A DNA stretch of 64,000 bases from an uncultured Chloroflexia bacterium. GTDB taxonomy: Bacteria; Chloroflexota; Limnocylindria; Limnocylindrales; CSP1-4. The stretch spans positions 320,001-384,000 of the forward strand of contig CAVVNQ010000015.1 of the NCBI GenBank assembly GCA_963749705.1, in the 5' to 3' direction. The notes beneath the pieces are model-generated. The model saw only the letters and a program-made list of their open reading frames with translations, was not told the DNA's origin and searched no databases. The position numbers and the translations under genes were made by a program. Shown one piece after another: positions 46,201-56,968 of this stretch. How positions within the stretch are numbered: the first letter of the stretch is position 1; each line of letters opens with the position of its first letter.

Positions 46201-47004
46201 GACGACGCCGCGAGCGTCGACGGATCCGTCGAGAGCGCGGCGCTCGAGGCCGCCCTCGAATCGCTGGCCCCGCGCTGGGCTTCGACGCCGCCGTCGGGAG
46301 ACCTGCCATCACCTGGCAGGCTCGCGGTGCTCCGCCGGCGCTTCCACGAGATGGGGGCGGCCAATCCGTTCGCCGTCGACGAATACCGCTCGGTTCGGGC
46401 ACGCCTTGAATCGCTCGACGGGCAGCACCTCGACCTGCGCGAGGCGATCGCGAGGACGCGAACCCTGATCGCGGACCTGGATGCGCTGATCAGCACGCAG
46501 TTCCGGGCGACGTTCGCCGCCCTCGAGGTCGCGTTCGACGCGCGCTTCCAGCAGCTGTTCGGGGGCGGGTTTGCGAAGCTCTCGCTGACCGACCCGACCG
46601 ACCTTGCATCGACCGGCATCGAGATCACGGCGCGGCCGCCGGGCAAGAAGGCCCAGGCGCTGTCGATGCTCTCGGGAGGGGAGCGCGCGCTCACGGCGGT
46701 GGCCCTGCTGTTCGCCATGCTCGAGGTGCGGCCCGCACCGTTCTGCGTGCTCGACGAGGTGGACGCCGCCCTCGACGAGGCCAACGTCGGTCGCTTCACC
46801 GAGGCCCTGCGCGGTCTTGCCGAGCGTACCCAGTTCATCGTGATCACCCACAATCGCGGGACGATCGAGGCCGCGGACGCCCTGTACGGCGTGACCGTGG
46901 GTGACAATTCCGTGAGCCGGGTCATCAGCCTCCGTCTCGAGGAGGCGCAGGCCATCGCCGATCACCGGCGCGCCGAGGCGCGATCGGTGCTGGCTGGCAG
47001 CTGA
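43273..47004 (+). CDS. smc: Chromosome partition protein Smc
   Basis: [14 protein letters not shown], long coiled coils, [17 protein letters not shown]. Confidence 0.95.
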   Translation: MTAPARLLGLRVQGFKSFAERTLVEFGPGISAVVGPNGSGKSNLADSLRWALGEQGRSLRIRRSEDVIWAGSERRAALGMADVTLVLDNADGLLAVEYSVVELGRRLYRSGENDYLLNRQRVRLRDLVDMLDSANLAENAFLFIGQGMVDQALALRPEERRPLFEEVAGVRRHERRRRKAEDQLAEAEANLARVEDILAELRPQARRLGQLAEQQATRLTAGEELAAALIAAAHGRWHEAAGRASDAEARRDALRTGAERALQALETAETAVAEISASMSARADAERGARETHEVIRAELTSLGLREARANAELEAAARDRARMLAERSAAEADLAVHRRTLAETVPDRDPELEASLAEADRALAEALSELSALRAASRARGDEVATLRRAEAARAAEAETARRRGAEATRRADEEQARAAESAARREQLEAALQEAREALATATAAEGSAIAEREAARATTDAADGTRRAVAERSARAGTMLAAARGRLEQLQQRLAEDEDRGIARAARKIGGRRLDEDLGVDPPMRAAVEAALGDLVRAYVVGRDGAASLAGERGHLVVREQLDAPERLGAAAANDVRRLDDALAAAGGGRLGDAVRRDPNGAARKVLARAAWVPDLSSALSVQPYLPSGWLLVTRDGGAVVDAVTIRVGRTDSPLERRAETDRLARELAALEAEAREADRESEQAAVAAAQARSSLERARVAEAEAVSQRRRAEEVERGAGRALEAATREAAWHQAQAERLGAEAARADAAAAVFRTQPPGRSVEATTESPEEADALAAWEARAAELRARRDRIASDVGSNEQARREADARRARAEAAVALADARIAGVARDLGALAERELAAGAERDIVRAELAAAATREERAREILDDMLADDRAERARLAEAEQAAVAARERLRATDDRARSADVAALEARLGLDALREQLLLELAGLGEVGLRHLAEAAHLDDGSTAAPGTPAEPVGRPVPVDPATDDPDDAASVDGSVESAALEAALESLAPRWASTPPSGDLPSPGRLAVLRRRFHEMGAANPFAVDEYRSVRARLESLDGQHLDLREAIARTRTLIADLDALISTQFRATFAALEVAFDARFQQLFGGGFAKLSLTDPTDLASTGIEITARPPGKKAQALSMLSGGERALTAVALLFAMLEVRPAPFCVLDEVDAALDEANVGRFTEALRGLAERTQFIVITHNRGTIEAADALYGVTVGDNSVSRVISLRLEEAQAIADHRRAEARSVLAGS

Positions 47005-47016
47005 GCGGAGGTTCCC

Positions 47017-48249
47017 GTGCGCCTGTTCCGCCGCGGCTCGCCGCCGCCCGAGTCCGAACCCCGACAGCCGCCCGAGGCCGAAGGTCCGCCGCGCGACGCC
47101 AAACCGGAGCAGCCGCCCGAGCCTGAAGCGGTCTCGCCGCCCGAGCTCGAACCCCGACAGGCTCCCGAGGCCGAGGGCCCGCCGCCCGACCTCGAGCCCG
47201 GCCCGTCGTCCGAGCCCGTGGCGGCCGGCGGGCCTGAGCCCGCACCCGGGGGACCCGAGCCCGTGGCGGCCGGCCCCGGTGCCCAGGACGAACCCGCCCC
47301 GCAATGGGCATGGGGCGCCGACTGGTCCGCGGAGAAGGCCGATGCCGCGCGCCGGGAGCGCGAGCGCGAGCAGCTCGAGCACGGACTCGAACGCTCACGG
47401 ACCGGGTTCGCCGCTCGGCTGCGCGGCGCCTTCGGGACTGGTGGAGATGCCGACTGGGACGACATCGAGGAGACCCTCATCACGGGTGACGTCGGCGCCG
47501 TGCTGTCGATGGCGATCGTCGAGCGGGCTCGCGACCGGCGCAACATCCCCGCCGGGGACGCCGTCCGGGCCGAGCTCGCCGCGCTGCTCGCTCCCCGCGA
47601 TGCCGAGCATTGGGAGCCCATCCCGGCCGTGGATGGCGGTCCCGCGATCGTGCTCGTCGTCGGGGTCAACGGCACGGGCAAGACGACGACCATCGGCAAG
47701 CTCGCCGCTCGTGAGCGCGCGAACGGCCGCCGGGTCGTGCTCGCGGCGGCCGACACGTTCCGTGCCGCGGCCATCGACCAGCTGCGGATCTGGGCCACGC
47801 GCACCGGGTCGGAGATCGTCGCCCATGCGCCGAACGCCGATCCGGCGGCCGTCGTGTTCGATGCGCTCGACGCCGCCGTGGCACGCCACGCGGACCTGGT
47901 GATCGCCGACACGGCGGGTCGGCTCCACACCAAGTCCAACCTGATGGAGGAGCTGGCGAAGGTCCGGCGCGTCATCGACAAGCGGCTGCCGGGTGCGCGC
48001 GTCGAGACGTTCTTCGTGCTCGATGCGACGACCGGACAGAACGGCCTCGCCCAGGCAAAGGCGTTCCATGCGGCGGTCGGCCTCACGGGCGTGATCCTGA
48101 CCAAGCTCAATTCGACGGCCAAGGGCGGGATCGTGTTCGCGATCGAGCACGAGCTCGGCGTCCCGGTCCGTTTCGTGGGCGTGGGCGAGCAGGCAGATGA
48201 CCTGCTGCCGTTCGATCCCCGGGAGTTCGTCGCCGCCCTGTTCGACTGA
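47017..48249 (+). CDS. ftsY: SRP receptor FtsY
   Basis: [29 protein letters not shown]; Pro/Glu repeat N-terminus. Confidence 0.96.
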   Translation: MRLFRRGSPPPESEPRQPPEAEGPPRDAKPEQPPEPEAVSPPELEPRQAPEAEGPPPDLEPGPSSEPVAAGGPEPAPGGPEPVAAGPGAQDEPAPQWAWGADWSAEKADAARREREREQLEHGLERSRTGFAARLRGAFGTGGDADWDDIEETLITGDVGAVLSMAIVERARDRRNIPAGDAVRAELAALLAPRDAEHWEPIPAVDGGPAIVLVVGVNGTGKTTTIGKLAARERANGRRVVLAAADTFRAAAIDQLRIWATRTGSEIVAHAPNADPAAVVFDALDAAVARHADLVIADTAGRLHTKSNLMEELAKVRRVIDKRLPGARVETFFVLDATTGQNGLAQAKAFHAAVGLTGVILTKLNSTAKGGIVFAIEHELGVPVRFVGVGEQADDLLPFDPREFVAALFD

Positions 48250-48642
48250 CGAGCGAATGGCTCGGTCGGCGCGCACTCCTGGGCGTGACTCACCGGGTGC
48301 ATCAACCGCGGCGCCCACCTGGCCGGATCCCGACCGAAGCGAGCGTTCCGGTGCCGGAGACTCGTCTCTGGGCCCCGGATTGACGCGCAGGCTGAGTCAG
48401 CGCCACCGGGGCCGTGCGCGGTGCCGGGATGGTGCGCGCAGCAGGGTCGGATCCTTCGGCTTCGTGCGCGCTGCAGGGGGTGGGCCCTGCCGGTGGAGCC
48501 GGCGGCGAACCGGTGCGCGGCAGCAACGCCTTTCGTGAAATACCGGTCCCAAGGGCACTGCACCGCACCGACGCGGATGGCTAAGTTCGGGGTCAGTGCC
48601 CTGGGTGATCCGGGCGATCGGACTCGAGAACAGGAGGATTCC

Positions 48643-49464
48643 ATGGCGAACCTGGCGTGGCTGCGGCATTCCCGGAAGGCCACGTTCATCACGGTGTTGC
48701 TGGCGCTCTCGCTGATCACGGCGGGTGCCGCGATCGGGGCGTCGTCGAAGACGACGTACACGCCCCAGAAGGCCGACCAGATCACCAACATCGACGTGCT
48801 CCGGATCCAGATCGAGCGCTACTACGGCGATCAGGACAAGACGGGGACCTTCCGCGCCGACAGCAACTACGCGAAGGAGGCGCGCTCCGTCGCAGCGGCA
48901 GGCGCGCGCTGGCTCACGTCGCAGGCAGGCAAGTCCTCCGGGATGCCGGCGATCGTGCTCGACGTTGACGACACGACGCTCACGACCTGGAACTACGAGA
49001 TCGCCAGCAACTGGGCGTACAACCCGACGACCAACGGCAACTACGTCACCGGCCAGCTGTTCCCTGCCACTCCGGGAATGGTCGCGATGGTCAACCAGGC
49101 CGCGGCCGAGGGCTACGCGATCTTCTACATCACCGGCCGGCCGAGCACTCAGGCCGACGCCACGGTCGGCAACCTCGGCCACGACGGCGTGGGTGTCGAC
49201 GCGGGGTACCCGATCAACCCGGCCAACCTGTTCACCAAGCCGGCGATCGCGGACTATCCCGCCTACCTGCAGACGGCCTGCGCCGACGATATCGCCGCGG
49301 GGCATTCCTGCACGACGATCCACTACAAGTCGGCGACCCGGGCCTACATCGAGTCGATGGGCTACGACATCGTGGCCAGCTTCGGGGACCAGTACAGCGA
49401 TCTGATCGGCGGCTACGCCGACCGCACGTTCAAGATGCCCAACCCGAACTACTACCTGCCGTAG
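48643..49464 (+). CDS. Secreted HAD-family acid phosphatase (class B/IIIB-like)
   Basis: Signal peptide; [29 protein letters not shown]; AGGAGG RBS. Confidence 0.9.
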   Translation: MANLAWLRHSRKATFITVLLALSLITAGAAIGASSKTTYTPQKADQITNIDVLRIQIERYYGDQDKTGTFRADSNYAKEARSVAAAGARWLTSQAGKSSGMPAIVLDVDDTTLTTWNYEIASNWAYNPTTNGNYVTGQLFPATPGMVAMVNQAAAEGYAIFYITGRPSTQADATVGNLGHDGVGVDAGYPINPANLFTKPAIADYPAYLQTACADDIAAGHSCTTIHYKSATRAYIESMGYDIVASFGDQYSDLIGGYADRTFKMPNPNYYLP

Positions 49465-49487
49465 GCGACACCGCTTCGCCGCCCGAA

Positions 49488-49521
49488 GCCGCCGGTCGCA
49501 GCCGCGACCGGCGGCCTTCTC
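49488..49521 (+). terminator. Putative intrinsic terminator
   Basis: GCCGCCGGTCGC-agcc-GCGACCGGCGGC followed by CTTCT. Confidence 0.65.
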
Positions 49522-49665
49522 GTCCCCGCGACCCGGCATGGCCAGGCGCGCCGCCACGGCGCATGACGTACACTCGCCCCGCCTCGGTGTCGCCAGAACC
49601 CGCGCACCACCCGCCGGCCTCCGCCGTGCGTGCATCCCCTCCGCAGTCAGGGTCGCCGCCGTTCC

Positions 49666-51000
<1,335 letters not shown>

Positions 51001-51013
51001 CAGGGGGTCTGTG

Positions 51014-52840
51014 ATGACCGACCAGGATCCCGGGCTGAGCCGACAGGCGACACCGGGCGCAAGCGAAGCGATCGAGCCGCCGACGGCGGCGGCGACCCAG
51101 GCCGTCGAGCGCACGCCCGCCCCGGGGCGGGCAGCCGCGGGCGCGGGGCGCAGCCGCATCCGCTGGATCGCCGCGCTGGTGATCACGGTGCTCGTGGTCT
51201 CGGTCGCCGCGGCTGCGACGCTCATGCTGACGGCGGCCGCAGGAGACCCGGACGTCCTCGCCTGGGCGCCGAAGGACAGCGTTGCCTACGCGGAGCTGCG
51301 GCTCGACCTGCCCGGCAGCCAGGAGGCCGAGCTCGCCAAGGCGATGCGGGCGTTCCCGGGCTTTGACGACCAGGCGGCGTTCCCGACCAAGCTGAGCGAG
51401 GCGCTCGACCAGCTGGTCAAGGGCGCGACCGACGGCAACATGAGCTACCAGACCGACATCGAGCCGTGGTTCGGTGGCCAGGTCTCGATCAGCATCGGCC
51501 CGCTGCCCCGCTCCGCGGACGCGAGCTCAGCCCGCGGCCTGCTGCTCGCCAGCGTCACCGATCCGACCGCGGCATCGGCCTGGGCGGACAAGCTGCTCGC
51601 GACGACCGGAGCCAAGAGCTCGACGGAGTCCTACAGCGGCGTGACGATCACCACGGTCACCCCACCGGCGTCGGCCGGGAGTGTCGCCGACGGCATGCAG
51701 GGCGCCTACGCCGTATTCGGCTCCGTGATCGGCGTCGGGGACGTCGCGTCTGTCAAGGCCGCGATCGACACCAAGGGCACCGGCGGGCTCGCGACGAACG
51801 ACCAGTTCAAGACGGCGGCTGCCTCCGTGTCCGGTGACCGGCTGGGCTTCGCCTACGTCGACACGGCCGCCATGGCGGCCGGCGCGGCGGCCATCGGCGG
51901 CGATGCCGTCGCGTCCGCGATGCCGGAGCTACCGGTGACGCTCACCGATCTGGCGCCCCCGTGGGCCGCCGCGTCGCTGCGGGCGAGCGGTGGCTCGTTC
52001 GTGGTCGAGACGCGGATGCCGCACCGCGACACGCTGGGCCCGGCGAAGTCGGCAGAATCGAAGCTGCCGTCCGTGCTCCCGGCGACGACGCTCGCGCTCG
52101 TCGAGGGCCACGACGTAGGGGCAAGCCTGGAGCGGCTCAAGACGATGCTGGCCGCGGATCCTTCGCTGGCGGACGGCGTCAGCCAGGTCGACGGCGCTCT
52201 GACCCTGCTCGGCGGATTGCCCGCCATCGTCGACTGGATGGACGAGGCCGGGATCGTGATCACGCGCGACGGCGACGGGATCACCGGCGGGCTGGTGGTG
52301 ACACCGACCGACCGGGCGGCGGCGGACCGACTGCTGACGCAGCTGCGGGCGTTCCTGACCCTCGCCGGTGGCAGCAGCGGGATCACGTTCAGCGACGAGA
52401 AGTACGGCGACGCCACGATCACGACGGTTGACCTGGGCGACATCGGCGCGCTCGCCGGTTCGGGTCTCGGTGGCGACACCGGCATGATCCCGTCCAACAT
52501 CACCATCGCGTACGCCGTCACCGACCAGGTGGTCGCCATCGGATCGGGAACGCCGTTCGTGAAGGCCGTCCTCGACGCTCGCGGCGGCGACTCGCTCGCA
52601 TCCAGCGACCGGTTCACCCAGGCGCTGGGCCAGGTCGACAAGTCCCACGGAACGTTGCTGTGGCTCGACACCGCCGGGATCCGCAGCTTCCTCGAGTCGC
52701 AGGCGCCGGCCTCGGGGATGACCAACTACGACACCAACGCCAAGCCCTACCTGGACGCGTTCGATGCGATCATCGGAACCTTCACCCCGGGTGACACGGT
52801 CGACCGTGGAACGCTCGTGATCCGCGTCACCGGTTCGTAG
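51014..52840 (+). CDS. DUF3352-like membrane-anchored extracellular protein
   Basis: Single TM, then 'WAPKDSVAYAEL', 'YQTDIEPWFGGQ' and a duplicated 'ESYSGVTI' / 'EKYGDATI' architecture. Confidence 0.7.
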   Translation: MTDQDPGLSRQATPGASEAIEPPTAAATQAVERTPAPGRAAAGAGRSRIRWIAALVITVLVVSVAAAATLMLTAAAGDPDVLAWAPKDSVAYAELRLDLPGSQEAELAKAMRAFPGFDDQAAFPTKLSEALDQLVKGATDGNMSYQTDIEPWFGGQVSISIGPLPRSADASSARGLLLASVTDPTAASAWADKLLATTGAKSSTESYSGVTITTVTPPASAGSVADGMQGAYAVFGSVIGVGDVASVKAAIDTKGTGGLATNDQFKTAAASVSGDRLGFAYVDTAAMAAGAAAIGGDAVASAMPELPVTLTDLAPPWAAASLRASGGSFVVETRMPHRDTLGPAKSAESKLPSVLPATTLALVEGHDVGASLERLKTMLAADPSLADGVSQVDGALTLLGGLPAIVDWMDEAGIVITRDGDGITGGLVVTPTDRAAADRLLTQLRAFLTLAGGSSGITFSDEKYGDATITTVDLGDIGALAGSGLGGDTGMIPSNITIAYAVTDQVVAIGSGTPFVKAVLDARGGDSLASSDRFTQALGQVDKSHGTLLWLDTAGIRSFLESQAPASGMTNYDTNAKPYLDAFDAIIGTFTPGDTVDRGTLVIRVTGS

Positions 52841-52912
52841 CACGCCACAATTGCCAGCCAAGCACGCCGGGACCCCGCCCAAGGGCCGGCTCATGGAGGA
52901 GCACCGCACCAC

Positions 52913-53167
52913 ATGTCCGTCCGCATCCGCCTGACCCGCGTGGGGGCGACCAAGCAGCCGACATACCGGCTGGTCGTCGCCGACAGCCGTTCCGCCCGGG
53001 ACGGCCGCGCGATCGACACGATCGGCCACTACAACCCCCGGACCGATCCGATCGAGATCAACATCGACGAGGCCAAGGCACGGGACTGGCTCGCCAAGGG
53101 CGCGCAGCCGTCCGACACCGTCAAGCGCCTGTTCAGGAAGGCCGGCGTCATGCCGGAGTACAAGTAG
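52913..53167 (+). CDS. rpsP: 30S ribosomal protein S16
   Basis: [32 protein letters not shown]. Confidence 0.97.
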   Translation: MSVRIRLTRVGATKQPTYRLVVADSRSARDGRAIDTIGHYNPRTDPIEINIDEAKARDWLAKGAQPSDTVKRLFRKAGVMPEYK

Positions 53168-53174
53168 GCCCGGG

Positions 53175-53408
53175 ATGGCAGCAGCAGAACTCGTCGCCTA
53201 CGTCGCCAAGTCCCTGGTCGATGACCCGGACGCCGTCAGCGTCGAGGTCGTGAACGGGGAGGACGGCACCATCATCGAGCTGCACGTGGCCGAGTCCGAC
53301 ATGGGCAAGGTCATCGGGCGCAACGGGAGCGTCGCCAAGGCGCTGCGGACGCTGCTCAAGGTGACCTCCGCTCGCACGGGCGAGCCGGTCAGCCTCGAGA
53401 TCGTCTGA
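53175..53408 (+). CDS. khpA: KH-domain RNA-binding protein KhpA
   Basis: LVDDPDAV, DMGKVIGRNG; between rpsP and rimM. Confidence 0.93.
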   Translation: MAAAELVAYVAKSLVDDPDAVSVEVVNGEDGTIIELHVAESDMGKVIGRNGSVAKALRTLLKVTSARTGEPVSLEIV

Positions 53409-53431
53409 GTCGAGGCGCTCACCTGGGCCGC

Positions 53432-54138
53432 GTGACCGGACCCGGCGACCCGGATCCCCGGGTTGCCGCCGCCGCCCCCGACCGGCTCGTCGTCGCCCTG
53501 GTCCGCGGGCTGCGCGGGTTGCGGGGGCAGGTCCGTGTCGAGGTGCTCACCGACCGTCCGGAGGACCGCTTCACGGTCGGCGCCCGGCTGTACCTCGAGG
53601 GTTCCCCCGACGCCCTGACGATCTCCGACGCAACGCCGGTCGCGGACGGGCGGGGCTGGTGGCTCCGGTTCCGCGAGGTACCCGACCGCGACACAGCGGA
53701 CACGCTCCGCGACCGGTACCTCGAGATCGACGCCCCGAACGAGCCGCGTGAGCCCGGGCGCTGGTTCTTCCACGAGCTCCTCGGGCTCGCCGTCCGCTCC
53801 GGCACGGGCGACGAGCTCGGCTCGATCACCGACATCTACCGCGCCGGCGGCGCCGAGGTGTTCGTCGTCCGCGGGCCGCGCGGCGAGCTGGACATCCCGG
53901 GCGTCCGCGGGATCGTGCTCGATCTCGCGCCCGAGCGCGGCGAGATGATCGTGGACCTCGATGCGCTCGCCCTCGACGCGCGGCCGGTCGAGGACGAGGA
54001 CTACGTCCGGCCGCGCGACCGTCGTCCGCGCAAGCAGCCGCGGCGATCGAAGCGCGTCAACCCGCCCGACGGGTCCGGACCGGGCGGGGCTCCGGGGCTC
54101 CGGGGGCGCCGCCGACCGCCCCGCCGGCCGCCGGCTGA
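53432..54138 (+). CDS. rimM: Ribosome maturation factor RimM (tail probably frameshifted; as sequenced it reads to 54616)
   Basis: [24 protein letters not shown]. An out-of-frame TGA at 54136 overlaps the trmD ATG. Confidence 0.85.
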
Positions 54139-54878
54139 TGGTGCTCCGGATCGACGTCCTCACCCTGTTCCCGCCGATGGTCGAGGCGCCGTTGCGGGAG
54201 AGCATCCCGGCACGGATCCTGGAACGGGGATTGGCGGAGGTGCGCGTCCACGACCTGCGCGGGTGGGGGATCGGGCGCCATCGGCAGGTCGACGACTACA
54301 CCTACGGCGGTGGCGCGGGGATGGTGCTGCGCCCCGAGCCCGTTGCGGCGGCCCTGGCCGAGCTGCGGCAGCCGGATTCGACGGTCATCCTGCTCGATCC
54401 GGGCGGGGAGCCATTCCGGCAACCGGTCGCCCACCAGCTTGCCCTCGCCACGCATCTCGTGTTCCTGTGCCCCCGCTACGAGGGCGTCGACGAGCGGATC
54501 CGCTCGATGGTGGACCGCGAGATCTCGATCGGCGACTACGTGCTCACGGGCGGCGAGCTCGGGGCCCTCGTCGTCATCGACGCGGTGCTCCGGCTGCTGC
54601 CCGGCGCGATCGATGAGGCGTCGACCGCCGAGGAATCGTTCGCTTCGGGCCTGCTCGAGTATCCCCAGTACACCCGCCCGGCGACCTTCGACGGGATGTC
54701 GGTCCCGTCCGTCCTCGTGTCCGGCCACCACGAGCAGGTCCGGCAGTGGCGGCTGAGCGAATCATTGCGCCGGACCCTGCTCCGGCGCCCGGACCTGCTC
54801 GACGGCCGGCAGGCGACCCCCGAGGAGCGGCGGCTGCTGGCCGAGCTTCGCGACACCCCCGCCGACGAGGACCGCTGA
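54138..54878 (+). CDS. trmD: tRNA (guanine-N1)-methyltransferase
   Basis: [49 protein letters not shown]. Confidence 0.97.
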   Translation: MVLRIDVLTLFPPMVEAPLRESIPARILERGLAEVRVHDLRGWGIGRHRQVDDYTYGGGAGMVLRPEPVAAALAELRQPDSTVILLDPGGEPFRQPVAHQLALATHLVFLCPRYEGVDERIRSMVDREISIGDYVLTGGELGALVVIDAVLRLLPGAIDEASTAEESFASGLLEYPQYTRPATFDGMSVPSVLVSGHHEQVRQWRLSESLRRTLLRRPDLLDGRQATPEERRLLAELRDTPADEDR

Positions 54879-55053
54879 GCTCGCGGATCGGCGCCGGGCA
54901 CGGGCTGGCCGCCGGCCACCGCTGCCGTTCCGTGCCTGACACCCGGGGCGCAGCATGCTATCCTCCGCCGTCGGCCGCGCCGCTTCGGCATGCCGCCCCG
55001 GAACCTGACAATCCGCAGCCGCGGCTGCCGACGAGCGAACAAGGACAACCCAC

Positions 55054-55398
55054 GTGAACGTGCTCAACGAGATCGTCCAGGACCAGCTCCGCTCCGACCT
55101 CCCCGAGATCACCCCGGGCGACACCGTCAAGGTCGCCGCGAAGGTCGTCGAGGGCACCCGCGAGCGCGTCCAGGTGTTCGAAGGCCTCGTCATGCGGATG
55201 CGCAACAGCGGCATCGCGTCGACGATCACCGTGCGCCGGATTGCGTCGGGCGTCGGGGTCGAGCGGACGTTCAAGCTCCACAGCCCGCGGATCGAGAAGA
55301 TCGAGGTCATCCGCCACGGCCAGGTCCGGCGGGCAAAGCTGTACTTCCTCCGCAACCGGGTGGGCAAGGCCGCGACGACGCTCCGCGAGCGCCGCTAG
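55054..55398 (+). CDS. rplS: 50S ribosomal protein L19
   Basis: [32 protein letters not shown]. Confidence 0.97.
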   Translation: MNVLNEIVQDQLRSDLPEITPGDTVKVAAKVVEGTRERVQVFEGLVMRMRNSGIASTITVRRIASGVGVERTFKLHSPRIEKIEVIRHGQVRRAKLYFLRNRVGKAATTLRERR

Positions 55399-55439
55399 CG
55401 AAGACCCGTCGCCCGGGCGGCTGTCCGGCATCGCAACTG

Positions 55440-55468
55440 CGACCCCCGCCGGGAGCGGGGGTCGTGTC
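55440..55468 (+). terminator. Putative terminator hairpin after rplS
   Basis: CGACCCCCGC-cggga-GCGGGGGTCG followed by TGT. Confidence 0.55.
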
Positions 55469-55509
55469 ATGTCAGGCCCCGGGTGGTGACCGGCGGTACG
55501 CTACGTGCC

Positions 55510-56265
55510 GTGACCGCCATCGTGCCCACCCTCCGCTGGGAGCGCCCCCTGTGGCGGGCCGGTGCGACCCGGATCGTCGGCGTGGACGAGGTCGGCGTGG
55601 CCCCGACCTGCGGGGCCGTGGTCGCCGCGGCCGTCATCCTGCCACCCAACTGCCATCGGATCCCGGGCGTCCGCGACTCCAAGACGCTGTCCGCGGCGCA
55701 GCGCGAGCGACTGGCCCCGATCATCCGGCGACGCGCCGTCGCGGTCGGCGTGGGCGCCGCCTCTGTCGCCGACATCGACCGGCTCAACATCTACCACGCG
55801 ACGCACCTCGCCATGCGCCGGGCGATCGCGCGACTCGGCGGCCACGACCACGTGCTCGTCGATGGGCTCAGGATCGCCGACTTCGAGGCGCAGGTCGGGC
55901 CATACACGGCCATCGTCGACGGTGACGCGCGCGTGTACTCCATCGCGTGCGCCTCGGTCGTGGCCAAGACCGTGCGTGACCGGATGATGCGCCGTCTCGC
56001 GCTCCGCTACCCCGAGTACGGATGGGAGCGCAACGCGGGCTATGCGACCCGCGAGCATCGCGACGCCATCCGAGCCCACGGCCTCACGCCGCACCACCGA
56101 CGCAGCTGGCAGGCGCTCCAGCTCCTGCTGGCGGGCGACCAGCTCGCGCTGTTCGAGGATGCCGGATCGGACGCGGCTGCAGGCGATCCCGGCGGGCTCA
56201 CCGACGGACCCGACCCGGACGTTGCCGATGCGCTGGTCGCGGAGGCCTTCTCCGCGACCGGGTGA
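55510..56265 (+). CDS. rnhB: Ribonuclease HII
   Basis: GVDEVG, RDSKTL, LVDG, GDARVYSIACASVVAK, GYATREH, HRRS. Confidence 0.93.
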   Translation: MTAIVPTLRWERPLWRAGATRIVGVDEVGVAPTCGAVVAAAVILPPNCHRIPGVRDSKTLSAAQRERLAPIIRRRAVAVGVGAASVADIDRLNIYHATHLAMRRAIARLGGHDHVLVDGLRIADFEAQVGPYTAIVDGDARVYSIACASVVAKTVRDRMMRRLALRYPEYGWERNAGYATREHRDAIRAHGLTPHHRRSWQALQLLLAGDQLALFEDAGSDAAAGDPGGLTDGPDPDVADALVAEAFSATG

Positions 56266-56324
56266 CGCAACGCCGGTCATGAGGGGATAAGCCACCGGTA
56301 CGTCGGTCCTCCGATGCTTGCGCG

Positions 56325-56726
56325 ATGGACCGGGTGCATTCGACGACAGCGCAGCGGATCGGAGATGCGGCGGAGGCGCTCGTCGCCGACCGGCTGGTCG
56401 CGGCCGGGTGGACGATCATCGCCCGGAACCTCCGGCTCGGCCGCGACGAGATCGACGTGCTCGCGAAGGATCCGGGCCCGCCTGCCGCGCTCGTCATCGT
56501 CGAGGTCCGTCGGCGGGGTCGCCGGGACTTCGGGCTGGCCGAGGAGACGCTGGATCGCCGAAAGCGCCTCGCGCTCCGCCGGGTCGTCGGTGTCCTGCGG
56601 GCAGAGCCGCGATTGCCGGATGGGCGCCGGCTGCCCCGGCTTCCGTTGCGCGTGGATCTCGTGGCCATCGACGATGCCCCGGACGGCACGCGCTCGATCC
56701 GGCATCACCGGGCGATCCGACCCTGA
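56325..56726 (+). CDS. YraN family protein
   Basis: GDAAEALV...IIARN...EIDVLA...IVEVR...RVDLVAI; follows rnhB. Confidence 0.88.
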   Translation: MDRVHSTTAQRIGDAAEALVADRLVAAGWTIIARNLRLGRDEIDVLAKDPGPPAALVIVEVRRRGRRDFGLAEETLDRRKRLALRRVVGVLRAEPRLPDGRRLPRLPLRVDLVAIDDAPDGTRSIRHHRAIRP

Positions 56727-56787
56727 CCGATGCCCGGCGCGACCGGCGCTGCGGCCCGGGCCATGGTCCGGAGCGGCAACGGCCCTG

Positions 56788-56968
56788 TGCTACACTCCGC
56801 CGCGCCGCGGAGCACCCGCGGTGCTGATTCGACGCCCGTGCGGCAGGTCGCGGCACGGAGCACACACGCGGATCCGTCTCCCGGCGGGACGGTGCCGGAC
56901 CAGGCGAGGAGCTCGCCGCCGGCCCCTGCAGGGGGATCCGCGGAGGAACAACCGCAGGAGGTCACGCA
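56788..56968 (+). promoter_or_regulatory. rpsB promoter and S2 leader RNA
   Basis: TGC-TACACT; ACACAC, then stem CGCGGATCC(56867)/GGATCCGCG(56934), then GAGGAACAACC, the architecture of rpsB leaders. Confidence 0.7.

Noticed and set aside
47038-47285. Repeats at the start of ftsY as a mobile or regulatory element
   Set aside because: In-frame Pro/Glu repeats of the variable acidic N-terminal region commonly found in FtsY.
48250-48640. SRP RNA (ffs) between ftsY and ffh
   Set aside because: No CAGG-N3-GNRA-N3-AGCA domain IV motif visible.
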